Source of the DNA: Octopus sinensis
Taxonomy: Eukaryota
DNA: 64,000 nt
Assembly: GCF_006345805.1 (NCBI RefSeq)
Contig: NC_043001.1
Span: 107,694,001-107,758,000 of the forward strand
Reading direction: 5' to 3'
Under the pieces are notes generated by a model. The model did no database searches. It had not been told where the DNA came from and saw only the letters and a program-made list of their open reading frames with translations. Within the stretch, counting starts at the first letter, position 1, and every line of letters begins with the position of its first letter. This document shows positions 1-11,657 of this stretch, piece after piece. Made by a program: the position numbers and the translations under genes.

Positions 1-1248
1 ATGCAAATTATTCGACTATTTTCTTTTCATCATTCGTAGTTATGTTTTCCACTGAAGTTGACTAGATCTACATAACATCTTGAAACTCATAAATTCTAAC
101 ACTAATCACCTCTATGGAATATTCGTATATTACACATTCAATATTTCTGTATAAAGTTGTGAAACCCACAAATTGTCCATGGCTGCATCGACAGCCAGGC
201 AGTTGCTAGTTCATAAAATATTAATTTCTATTTTATATAATTTCAGTTGTGTCTATAAGACATAGACCCAATAGAAAAAAGCTATGCACGGGCAATCTTT
301 TTGTTGGAAATAAGGGAAAAACCTTTCTGAATTATTTTTATAAAATGCCAACTCACTCATAGTATATATTTTATATAAAAAGTGTATGGCGGAAAATGAT
401 ACAATTACGGTTAGAGTGTGTTGTTCATGTGTTTGATTGATCAGGACTTATCTGAGACTCTACAAGTACGACAGCATAGTTATAAGTCACTCTCACACCG
501 ACCTCTTCACCACTACGAATATAAAAACCAACAATACCAGTGATACCAGCGGTCACGTATTTCTGAAATCACTCAATAGCGTTTAATGTGAGGAAACAGA
601 TAAAGTACGTTTAAAATACAAATGTGGAATGTTTACAACTGAAACATCTTTGATCCTTGGTCTGTTCTTTCAATCATGGCTGAAAGAAAGTTAAACATCA
701 AAATTTCCCTCATCCTCCTCACTCCTCCACCATTTCTACAATTTAACATCACCACCACCGCCACCGCGACTATCACATCAATGTCACTATCACTTCAACC
801 GTCACGCCATCATCTGTCAATATTTTTTCTTCTCATATCAATTCCTGCCGCCTTAAAAAAAAATGGAAGAACACATCAGATTATTCATTCAGCGATACCT
901 TATCTCTAAAAAAGAAAACAGAATTGTAAAGGATTGCTCACCTTTGATCATAGGTCTGTTTGAACAAGGATGACCTGTCGGCTTAACAACAATGGCTGCA
1001 GGTAACAGATAACAAGCATTTCTGTAAAACATTATCCATGAAAGATTACCGTATTATCTTGAAGAGTTAATTATCTTCCAGCTACTTAACGATAAGCACT
1101 GGTTCTGTGGATGGAATGTGTGGAGGGAATAACTGATTTGTAGTAGTTAATCCATTTAACTCTCGGCATTGGCTAATATAATTAATTTGCACTTTACGTT
1201 AGTGAGCCACTCCAATTGTAATGCCAGTTCTAATATGTCCAAGCGTAT

Positions 1249-1450
1249 AGCGGTGATCCGGCAGAATCGTTACAGCACTGGACAAAATGCTTAGCGGCAT
1301 TTTACGTTCTCAATTCAAACTCCGTCCGGGTCGAGTTGCCTTTCATCCTTTCTGGGCCGATAAAATAAGTACGACGTAGGCACTAGGGTCGATATAATCG
1401 ACTTAGCTTCTGCCCCGAAATTGCTGGAGTTGAGCCAAAATTTCAAACAA
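1249..1450 (+). mobile_element. Degraded SINE, family B (GGCGGCGAGCTGGCAGAA head; CTTTCATCCTTTCGGGGTCGAT core)
   Basis: Diverged match to the better copies at 35172-35404 and 61245-61475. Confidence 0.75.
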
Positions 1451-1774
1451 ATATTACGTCTAAGCCTGAAGCCTATAAACTTTTAGGTATTTCGGTATTA
1501 CGAAAATTACGCCTTCACTAGTTTCTCAGGTCGCTCTTCAGCGCTACTGATAACATGTAAGCCAGTACAACCTGTCGCATGGTCGGCTCGTCAGCGACTA
1601 AACTGGCAACCCCATCAAGCTTGCTTGGTGAGGAGGGTGATTTTTGGACACCATACTCATATTGATATTGTGCGCTTTTACTTCACAATCGAAGGGTGCT
1701 ATGTGTTCATTTGCTACGAGTAAAAGTTTGCTCTAGCCGTATGCTTTTCTATTGTATTAACAATCGTGTAGGCT

Positions 1775-2430
1775 TAGGCATGACCGTGTGGTAGGCAGTT
1801 TACTTCCCAATAAAATGACTCTGGTTCCAGTCTCAGTACGTGGAACCTTGGGCAAGTGTCTTTTGCTACAGCTCTGTGACAACCAAAGCCTTTTGAGTGG
1901 ATTTGGTTGACGGAAACTAAGAAATTGCCGTCATCTATATGCATTTATATATATATATATATATATATGTCTGTATAATAGAAAATTATTATCTGTAAAT
2001 CTCTCAACGAGAGATATTCTGCAACAGTACTCTAGAGTAAAGATTATTTGCTAACATAACATGGCAGTCCTGGTTTAGGACGAATGTGCTGTAATTTAGC
2101 CCCAGGAGCCATCGTCTCCAGCTGGCTGTACGACAGCTGGAGACGATGTCTCCTGGAGCTAAATTACACCAACATTCGCCCTAAACCAGGACTGCCATAT
2201 GCTGTCAAATAATATTTACTATATGTCTGTGTGTTTTGTGTTTCTGTTGTTTGTCCCCACCACCGCTTGACAACCGGTGCCGGTCTGTTTACCTGCCTGG
2301 AACTTAACGGTTTTGCATACGAGTTCGATAGAATGAATACCAAGCTTAAGAAAATAAGTACTGGTGTCGATTTGTTCAACTAAACATGGCGATGCCCCGG
2401 CACAGCTGCAGCAAGAGGTCCAAAAAACAA
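1775..2430 (+). mobile_element. SINE family A (tRNA-like head, central (TA)n), interrupted by a fold-back element
   Basis: Head ggcatgaccgtgtggtagg...accttgggcaagtgtc at 1775-1935; 3' half tgtttgtccccc...caaccggtgccgg at 2220-2430; compare intact copy 32908-33328. Confidence 0.8.
2043..2213. repeat. Fold-back inverted repeat (about 80-bp arms, 9-nt loop)
   Basis: catggcagtcctggtttaggacgaatgt...catcgtctccagctg / cagctggagacgatg...acattcgccctaaaccaggactgccat are reverse complements; loop 2125-2133. Confidence 0.95.
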
Positions 2431-3078
2431 AAGAGTGAACGCTCTTTATAATATGTGTACATATCATGGTGTTGCTAAATTATGTACATTATAGATATGC
2501 CTATAAATACTCGAACATATTGGTCTGTGTCATAACAACCGAACCTAAATCATTATTTAGGGATTGTCTCTGCTTTACGTCTCCGTATTCTAGATTTGTC
2601 AGCATGAAGTTTTATTGCTTATTTTATTGCGGAAATGACTGAGGGAGGAGGCGATTAGTTATTACTTTGTTGTGACAGTAAGGTACCAGAAATCGTAAAT
2701 TAGATTTTGTTCAATTTTGTTTTGTAGACAAGAAGAATGTAAACTATCAAGAATGAAGAGTAGAAGCTCAGAAAAGAATGCGGGAAAGGATGTGAGGTGC
2801 ACTTCTCTCAAAAGAGTTTTCCCTCATTAACATTCAAACCTGATCTCCACTACAAACACCACCACTACCATCTCTATCACCACAAATACTGTTACCAACA
2901 AAAATAGCAACGACAACAGCTTAATTACCTCAGCACCCATCATCATCGCCACGATCACAGATGCTATTGATGATAGGGACAGGAACAATATTAGAAATAC
3001 CTTCACGAAAATAGTCGCGGCTGCCGCTTCTGGATGATGTTAAAGAAGAAAGGTTGTTACGTGTAATGGCAAAAGTAG

Positions 3079-3240
3079 CTTAAAGATTTGGCACAAGACC
3101 AGCAATTTGGTAGGAGAGGGGGGTTGATCGATTACATCGACCCTTTCCCCCCAGTGAGCAACTGGTACTTAATTCATCGACCCCGAAAGAGTGAAAGGCA
3201 AAGCAAATCATGACAGATGCACGAATGTCGCTAAGCATCA
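3079..3240 (-). mobile_element. SINE family B fragment
   Basis: ctggtacttaattcatcgaccccgaaagagtgaaaggcaaag core in reverse orientation. Confidence 0.8.
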
Positions 3241-3304
3241 CTTCCATGGTGATTATAAACACCATGTAAAACAACATTTAGAATAGCGTCTCCTGCAATG
3301 GTTA

Positions 3305-3719
3305 TCAGTACGCAACGATTGTCACAAACGAAACAACATAAAGGGACTGGAATATGTCATATGCATTGTAGATATCCCACATGAGAAATTTCACGAAGAG
3401 TCTTCTTGGCCAGCGACAATGGCGTCTTTTCTTGTAAAGTTTCGTCATATGATGGTTCTTATCTGTTCCTCCCATGCTCATGTATTTTTTCACCAAGGAA
3501 GGCATAAAACTTTGTATTTCAGATCCATCTTTGTTCCTCCTTGAAACAACTTGGCTTGGATCATGGCAGCTGGAGATGAAATGGATGGGTTTGCGGTCCA
3601 TTGGATAAAAATAAATCGTCGTATTTAGTGTTGATGCACTCCACCGGTAGAGCGGTGCTACGGTATAGAGAAAAGCAGCCAGCCACCGGTAAACCGGTGT
3701 TACGGGCTCAGAGGGTTAA
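3305..3719 (-). mobile_element. Internally deleted piggyBac element: C-terminal transposase remnant next to a TTAA-CCC terminus
   Basis: Minus ORF (W)MDRKPIHFISSCHDP...VSRRNKDG...KKYMSMGGTDK...WPRRLFVKFLMWDIYNAY matches the piggyBac pattern WxDxKxV..LS..H / YNxxMGGVD / KWWxxxF...NAY; gggttaa at 3713-3719 is the CCC terminus plus TTAA. Confidence 0.85.
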
Positions 3720-4779
3720 GAGATCGTGCAGGTGTGCCTATAACCCCTACTTTTCTCTTTGTCTCAAGTACCCGTATAAAATCTCCCTCCAGATGACGGT
3801 GCCACGCACTTTGAGGAAAACTGATAAAAACTTCGAGAAAGAATACAGCGTAAATTAGTCAATCGATAAGTATGCGGAGAATACACTGGACATAAGTGTA
3901 GTGAAAAATTGTTATACGACTTTAAAATGTTTGTGGCTGCATATAAGGAAGTGAGGCTTATTGGTGCAATGAAAATATTCAACGGTGAAAGCAGGCAAGC
4001 AAAAAGGGATATCAGTAGGACTTTGAAAACTATGTTGCGTGACCGGATGGGAATTCTATGAGATAATTAACAGCTATAAAATGAGAGGAACAATGTAGTT
4101 CCTAGAAGCATAGAACACTAAAGGACTTCACATGAATAACTGATTATAGGCTTTCACATAAATGAGCGATTAGAATAGAAATTCTTAAATTAAAAGAACA
4201 TAGGATAATATGAAGAATATTTAAACACGCGTGGCAAACTTGATATAAATTGTCAAACATCATTTTTGTGAATGAAGCCAGAATCACGAAAGGGATATTA
4301 AAATTGTGTCAATAAAGGAGTAAAGACATTGACAAGATTATAAAAAGAAAAAGTTTCACTAGATGTGAACTTCAAAAACCAACAGAAGAACGAAGATGGA
4401 TGTTATTAAAAATGAATATTTTATGAATGTATGTGATTATACAATAGGAACAGATGTAATATTCGTACACAGATCAGACAGGATCATATCAGAAAGAAAG
4501 AAATGTATGTACTGTCATAAATATTTCACAAGCTTGTTATTGTATAATCAAAGGAATAATGATAAAAATATTTGGTTATCATTTTTGCTTAGAGAGATGA
4601 GTGACAGAAACAATATAGGGAGAAACCACGACTTAGGGGTTACTTGAGTAGAAAGCATTATTGCATCAAAATATTGAGTTATTGTCAAACTGGCTTTTCG
4701 TGTTTTAGTTAGGAGGAAAGGCAATTCCCATGATTATTTACAGTACCCCAGAAAGGTGGCAGGGAAGATGTAGTGTATG

Positions 4780-4963
4780 TATTTCTTTATTTCCCACAAG
4801 GGGCTATACATAGAGGGGACAAACAAGGACAGACATAGGTATTAAGTCGATTATATCGACCCCAGTGCGTAACTGGTACTTAATTTATCGACTCTTAACG
4901 GATGAAAGGCAAAGTCGACCTCGGCGGAATTTGAACTCAGAACGTAGCGACAGACGAAATACC
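4780..4963 (-). mobile_element. SINE family B, 5'-truncated copy in tandem with the next copy
   Basis: Near-identical to 4964-5145. Confidence 0.9.
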
Positions 4964-5196
4964 TATTTCTTTACTACTCACAAGGGGATAAACACAGAGG
5001 GGACAAACAAGGACAGACAAACATATTAAGTCAATTATATCGACTCCAGTGCGTAACTGGTACTTATTTAATCGACCCCGAAAGGATGAAAGGCAAAGTC
5101 GACCTCGGCGGAATTTGAACTCAGAACGTAACGGCAGACGAAATACGGCTACGCATTTCGCCCGGCGTGCTAACGTTTCTGCCAGCTCGCCGCCTT
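4964..5196 (-). mobile_element. SINE family B, full length
   Basis: Reverse complement begins ggcggcgagctggcagaaacgttagcacgccgggcgaaatg; contains gagttcaaattcc B-box-like motif. Confidence 0.92.
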
Positions 5197-5476
5197 ACAA
5201 CATTCCTTAGATACCGTTAAATCCGATTTGGCACTGTTACAATATGTTTATAAACACACTTACGTCCACAAATATGTACAAATGACGAGTGTTGGAAGAA
5301 TTTGATAAAGTACGTTTCGTTTCATTCACTTCACTATAAGAGGCGGCTGTAATCTTCTAACAATGTCTCAAGATTGTATTATTCGGAATTGCAAAACTCA
5401 CGAGTAGCTCATTTAGTGAATGAAACAATATCGATGAAGTTTGTTTATCTTATCATAAATCTTGATTTCTGACAAT

Positions 5477-5477
<1 letters not shown>

Positions 5478-5544
<67 letters not shown>

Positions 5545-5626
5545 GAAGAAGAAGAAGAAGAAGAGAAGAAGAAGAAGAAGAAGAAGAAGAAGAAGAAGAA
5601 GAAGAAGAAGAAGAAGAAGAAGAAGA
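5478..5626 (+). repeat. Compound (TAA)n(GAA)n microsatellite
   Basis: Directly visible. Confidence 0.98.
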
Positions 5627-6297
5627 CAATATTAAAATATTTATTATGGCGTTAAGAAAACATAAGACGAGAAACATGAAGGTGAGAAATAAAAGCTGTA
5701 GGAGAACAATGTGCGATTGTTAGAAGGCAAACGATAAAATCTAATTAGAAAAATCACAAATTTCTTACAGTAAGTCGTGAAGTAGTAATACGAAATATAC
5801 AAAATAGTCACACGTTCTTATGACAACCAATCAACTATATTTTTCTGTCGGCTTTGCCTAAAGACAACTGAAATAACATTTCTCCATTGACATATCAGGA
5901 GTAATCAATTTAACTGTTTCATCCTGAAGAGATGTTGTGCTTGCAATACGGCATCAGAAGTAGTACAAAAAGCTTCACAATATTTCAAATTTCAAAATGG
6001 TTTCCAGCTATTGTGTTGATATTTTACCCAACAAAATATACCTTGTCATGAATACCTAAATATGGCAATTGGCATTTAGAAGAAAGTAATTCCAGCATCA
6101 TTATGTTTCATCTTCTGCCTGCCTGATCTAGTATCAGTGTAACGAACATCAACTTTTGGTTCTTGTTTGTCATACCCAGATAGTTCTCCATCTTAAAATA
6201 TGATTTAGATAAAAAAAGGTAAATAAAATTATGTGCATCTAAAACATTATGTATATCTAAAAGGTAATATTCCGTATTCAATATCCTACATCTTACT

Positions 6298-6495
6298 AGG
6301 GGTGGGGCTGAAAAGTAACTGGCTTTAAGGGTATCGTGAAAGGCTTGTTTGGAGGTCCAACCTTCCGAGTTATTTTCAGGGCTTAACAAAAATGAAGGAG
6401 CGCTGCAATAAGTGTGTGAATCTGAGAGGGGAATAAGCTGAATAGAATCATAATTAACTGATCCTCCTGCTCAAAGCCAGGGATTTTTCAGCATA
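6298..6495 (+). mobile_element. Mariner-derived MITE
   Basis: Imperfect TIRs gctgaaaagtaactggcttt (6307-6326) / aaagccagggatttttcagc (6473-6492); internal ...ERCNKCVNLRGE* resembles the mariner C-terminal KCVxxxGxYxE motif. Confidence 0.75.
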
Positions 6496-6586
6496 TATGT
6501 TACCTAATTTCTTCCACTAAGAGCCAGGTTGCTTGAAGAATGGATCTATAGACCACATCGACAAAATTATCCACTCTCTATATGCC

Positions 6587-6816
6587 TATTTCTTTACTAC
6601 CCACAAGGGGCTAAACACAGAGGGGACAAACAAGCACAGACAAACGGATTAAGTCGATTATATCGACCCCAGTGCGTAACTGGTACTTATTTAATCGACC
6701 TCGTAAGGATGAAGGGCAAAGTCGACCTCGGCGGAATTTGAACTCAGAACGTAGCGGCAGACGAAATAACGCAAAGCATTTCGCCCGGCGTGCTAACGTT
6801 TCTAAAAGCTCGCCGC
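6587..6816 (-). mobile_element. SINE family B, full length
   Basis: Near-identical to 4964-5196. Confidence 0.92.
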
Positions 6817-7949
6817 TCACTCTCTACTTGCCATGAATCTGCTTGATCGTGATAACCCGAATTTACATAATAACAACCACAAGAATTAACTAGTATCACT
6901 TCAAACTATACATCAACAATACAAATATTCCTTAAGCTTCTTGGCCTTCGATTTCAAGAGGGTTCGTAGAAAATATGTTTGATGCATTTCCTGTATAATT
7001 AACCTTATACTTTTACAGTTTTACAGTTTTACAGTTTTGGGAAAGTTGTTAAATATTTAGAATGTACAATCTAACAGAGATTCCTAAATCCATTGTATTA
7101 CATATTCTAAAAGCTATATTATTGACAAGAAATGAACGTCCAAATAACATGTCTCTTATAAATAATTCCTCACATTTCTTTAGACTTAAAATAATGTTTT
7201 CTTTCTGTAAGAAGACAGATTTCGATAGAAATATATGACCCTACGAGGTTTAACTTAATTTATTGTATTGATGACATGAAATAAAAATCGGCATTCGATA
7301 TGCATGGGTTTTCTTATAAATGTCATCAACCGGAGAGTAGAATTAAATAAACAATGTATCCAAACTGATGAAACTGATATCGAAGCATAGGATAAAGTAA
7401 AACCTAGAAAGTAAAAATAAAAAGAAAAGAGCAACGTAAGAAGACATACTAAAATCTTTAAGAGAATACTCAGGGTAAATAGAGATAAAAAAATTTTGTT
7501 GGTTTTGAAAATAATGGCCTTAAGAGAACAGAGACTGTACAAAGTTATTCTATAAAATGTATACAGAAGGATACAAAAGAATTAATTCAATCAAAATAAA
7601 AAGTAATTCTACAAGAAACGGTTCAGTTATATTGGAATCCTAATCTTTGACAAAGAAAATAAATATGAAACAAAATAGTATCAAGTTATATAATTATGCT
7701 CTTTTCAATTTTTCTATTCCTGCCTGCAACTTCAGTTTCATAGAAGATGATAAATTTTTTTCTCAAACTCAACTCTGAGGAAAGTTGCAAAAGTGTCAAT
7801 GCTGAATCTGAGATTCGAATTGTATTCAAATCGAAAATTGCTTTTTATATGTTATACCGAATATCGATTCGATTTCTTTTTACGCTTCATACCATCAGGT
7901 CTTACTTAGAGTAATCAAAATATCTTAGTTTTATCATTTTTAAACCGGA

Positions 7950-8545
7950 AAACTAAATTAATATCTGCTACATTTTGGTAACATGTTTTAAAATCCGATA
8001 GTATAAGAAAATGAATAACTGTGAAATAAATAAAATGTTATAAAACAATAACCAGCTATATCTTATGGAAACGAAACGGTAGATGCCTGATGAGTATGAA
8101 AGGGATGGTTAAAATAGATATTGTTTTTGTCGCTGTAATACTGTCATCAGGTCGTTGAATGCCTTTACAGGAATCCACTGTCACTGCAACATTCGGACTA
8201 GACTCTTGTTTATCTCCTTGCTCATTTTTTTTCTGCCTGGTGTTCAGAGCATATATTGACTGCATCGATCTTTCGAGTGTGGTAAAACCTGTCGTACCAG
8301 TCTATGGATATGAACGCTGCCTTTCCTCGCCTGGTTAAATTATGTAAAAAAGTGTATCTTTGAAGTTCACACGAGAACTCACTTTTTGGAATTGTGGAAT
8401 ATAATAAATACAATGAAACGCAAACAAAGAAACCAATCGGTAGAGAAAAAAGAACATGGAATAAAGAGTGTAAATATAACGGTGTAAATAGGTTGATCAT
8501 CAGAAGCAGTAATGAACAGTTAGGTTAGAGGACAAGTTTGAGATG
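7950..8545 (-). pseudogene. Possible decayed rhodopsin-class GPCR fragment (ECL2-TM5-ICL3-TM6-TM7/H8)
   Basis: Minus frames: QTCP...IYTVIFTLFIPCSF / SLPIGFFVCVSLYLLYSTIPK (TM5-like), hydrophilic loop, ITATKTISILTIPFILIRHLPF (TM6-like KAxKTLxI...LPF), ...SDFKTCYQNV (helix-8-like); frameshifts in homopolymer runs and in-frame stops. Confidence 0.35.
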
Positions 8546-8669
8546 TTCAGTTAAGTTACTCATGATTTGCTATAGTAGCCGCATCACAAATGCATTGGCG
8601 CGCGCAATTGCACACACACACGCGCGCAACGCGCAGTCGTAAGCAACGCACGTGTAAGCAAGGCATATG

Positions 8670-9091
8670 GGATCTTTTCGGTTTGAACGGCAGTTTTTTA
8701 AAATAATTTGCACGTAACTAAACACTTTTAAACTTCATATACTGGTAGAATGTGTTTATAAAACATCTTTTTCTCTTGGCTTTATTGAGAAAATTTTATA
8801 GTTTGTAAGATATTTGTTGTTGTTTTATCTTCATTTTCTGCAATTTCAACCAATCAATGACGTCTATTGAGGTGAAAACATTCTATGCCGTATGAATATG
8901 TCCCTCGTTTAAGAAACAGATTGGGTTTATTTACATTTCTGAAGAAAAAAAGATACCCTTCCCCCACCCCTAACCCTAACCCTAACCCTAAAACAGATTG
9001 AAATGCAGTAGATCGATACTAGGGTCATAATTATGGGTGACAATTTCATATGATACGCTAGAAAAAAATGCCGTTCAAACCGAAAAGATCC
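8670..9091 (+). mobile_element. MITE with 23-bp TIRs and 8-bp TSD (hAT/Merlin/P-type), containing CCCTAA repeats
   Basis: TIR ggatcttttcggtttgaacggca (8670-8692) / tgccgttcaaaccgaaaagatcc (9069-9091); TSD ggcatatg at 8662-8669 and 9092-9099; ccctaaccctaaccctaaccctaa near 8968-8992. Confidence 0.92.
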
Positions 9092-9109
9092 GGCATATGA
9101 GTATATAGT

Positions 9110-9386
9110 GAAGGCACGTGACTTTGTGATTAGGGCATTCGGTTCACGGTCGTAAGGCCATGAGTTCAATTCCCGGTGAGGCGTTGTGTCCTTGAGTAAG
9201 ACACCTTATTTCACGTTGCTCCAATCCATTCAGCTGGTAAAATTTAGTAGTACCTGTATTTCAAAGGTCCAGCTTTGTCACACTATGTGTCACGCTGAAT
9301 GCCCCGAGAACTACGTTAAGGTTACACGTGTCTGTGGAGTGCTCAGCCACTTGCACGTTAATTTCACGAGCAGGCTGTTCCGTTGA
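9110..9386 (+). mobile_element. SINE family C variant
   Basis: tRNA-like head (gagttcaattccc) plus family C 3' body gtcacgctgaat...gcacgttaatttcacgagcaggctgttccgttg. Confidence 0.85.
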
Positions 9387-9600
9387 AAATATACTTTCTT
9401 CTTATACTATTCTCTTTCCCTTCCTAATCATTTACCTGTTAAACGTACGTGCACTGAGCATTATTATCATTTCACATAGCATCACCGATCTCAGAAAAAC
9501 AACTTGACAAAAACTGTACAAATAACCAAAGCAAACCCAAATGTTAAAGGGTCCAACGAAAGCTAGCAGGCCGAAACTTCAATGTCACTCGAACCTCTAC

Positions 9601-9652
<52 letters not shown>

Positions 9653-9860
9653 TTGTTTTTCTACCTATCCATCTGTCTTGCTGTCTATCTACATATAAAT
9701 TTATCAAACCATTTCTCGATCCATCTATGTATCTCCTCCTCACTATCTCTCTCTTTCTGTGTATATATATATCATAATTAGTATGTGCATATATGTGTGT
9801 GTGTGTGTGCGTGCGCGCGCGTGTATAATCGTTTATATATATATATATATATATATATAT

Positions 9861-10685
9861 CATATGCGTGACTGTGTGTTGATAGATAGCTAGATGGATA
9901 GATAGGTAGATAGGTAGGTAGGTAAGTAGTAGATAGGTACTTAGGTAGTAGATAGGTAGGTAGGTAGATAAATAGATATCACAACTCCACAGTTTCATTT
10001 GTCATATATTTTCTAACTTTGTGAAAGAAAACACATCCTACACATGCTTTCTAATATTTTATTTGTTTATTTTACATATTTTTTCTTCTCTAAATTCTTG
10101 GAATGACTCAATATTCATGGAATATTATTTGCCGCAATATGAACATTCAATAATATGCATAAATTTGCGAATGTGTAATAAAATGCTGTTTTTCTTAATT
10201 ACGATGTCCTTTTTAAATATAGATTTGATGACATGTGCATTAATTCACTGGAATATTTAATATCTTATTAATTTACAAAATTCAATTGTAAATATACGCT
10301 AAATCGCTTTATGATATTATAAGTAGCACTATTATTAAACTAATATTGCATAATAGATTTTTATAACTTTTCTTATGGTATCTGAATTTCGTGACAATAG
10401 ATAGACAACAAGGAAATAATATGAAGGAAATATGATTAAACTGTATGAATGAAAGCAACAAATAATGGATTATAATGGAACAGCTTGTCATTTAGGAATT
10501 TGAATGTAGCAGATTACATGATGAGAAATGCTATACATTCTTGTTCCAGTCATATAACATATGATTAACTTTTGTAATGCTTATTCTTTACGTGATTCTA
10601 TAAAACAAATAATAGGTTAAATTTAAGAAAATTCATTTCCCTTAAACGAGCATAAATTAGCGCCATTGCAGTTAAAGTTCTGTTA

Positions 10686-10748
<63 letters not shown>

Positions 10749-11574
10749 TATGCGTGACTGTGTGTTGATAGATAGCTAGATGGATAGATAGGTAGATAGG
10801 TAGGTAGGTAAGTAGTAGATAGGTACTTAGGTAGTAGATAGGTAGGTAGGTAGATAAATAGATATCACAACTCCACAGTTTCATTTGTCATATATTTTCT
10901 AAACTTTGTGAAAGAAAACACATCCTACACATGCTTTCTAATATTTTATTTGTTTATTTTACATATTTTTTCTTCTCTAAATTCTTGGAATGACTCAATA
11001 TTCATGGAATATTATTTGCCGCAATATGAACATTCAATAATATGCATAAATTTGCGAATGTGTAATAAAATGCTGTTTTTCTTAATTACGATGTCCTTTT
11101 TAAATATAGATTTGATGACATGTGCATTAATTCACTGGAATATTTAATATCTTATTAATTTACAAAATTCAAATTGTAAATATACGCTAAATCGCTTTAT
11201 GATATTATAAGTAGCACTATTATTAAACTAATATTGCATAATAGATTTTTATAACTTTTCTTATGGTATCTGAATTTCGTGACAATAGATAGACAACAAG
11301 GAAATAATATGAAGGAAATATGATTAAACTGTATGAATGAAAGCAACAAATAATGGATTATAATGGAACAGCTTGTCATTTAGGAATTTGAATGTAGCAG
11401 ATTACATGATGAGAAATGCTATACATTCTTGTTCCAGTCATATAACATATGATTAACTTTTGTAATGCTTATTCTTTACGTGATTCTATAAAACAAATAA
11501 TAGGTTTAAATTTAAGAAAATTCATTTCCCTTAAACGAGCATAAATTAGCGCCATTGCAGTTAAAGTTCTGTTA

Positions 11575-11656
<82 letters not shown>
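9861..11656 (+). repeat. Tandem duplication, unit about 886 bp (9861-10746 / 10747-11656)
   Basis: Copies look identical apart from microsatellite length and 1-bp homopolymer indels (ctaacttt/ctaaacttt, ttcaatt/ttcaaatt, ggttaaat/ggtttaaat); identical 79-aa and 60-aa ORFs in the track at 887-888 bp offset. Confidence 0.97.

Positions 11657-11657
<1 letters not shown>

Noticed and set aside
4000-4700. A-rich stretch with RKKCMYCHK as a possible transposase or zinc finger
   Set aside because: No second pair of ligands or other family motif; many stops
8180-8340. Plus-strand RT-like motif (GLDSCLSP...FCLV resembling QGDSLSPLLF)
   Set aside because: No YxDD or upstream RT motifs; the minus-strand GPCR-like reading explains more sequence, though neither is proven
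8968-8992. CCCTAA repeats as a telomere or chromosome fusion scar
   Set aside because: Only four units, internal to a MITE with TIRs and a TSD
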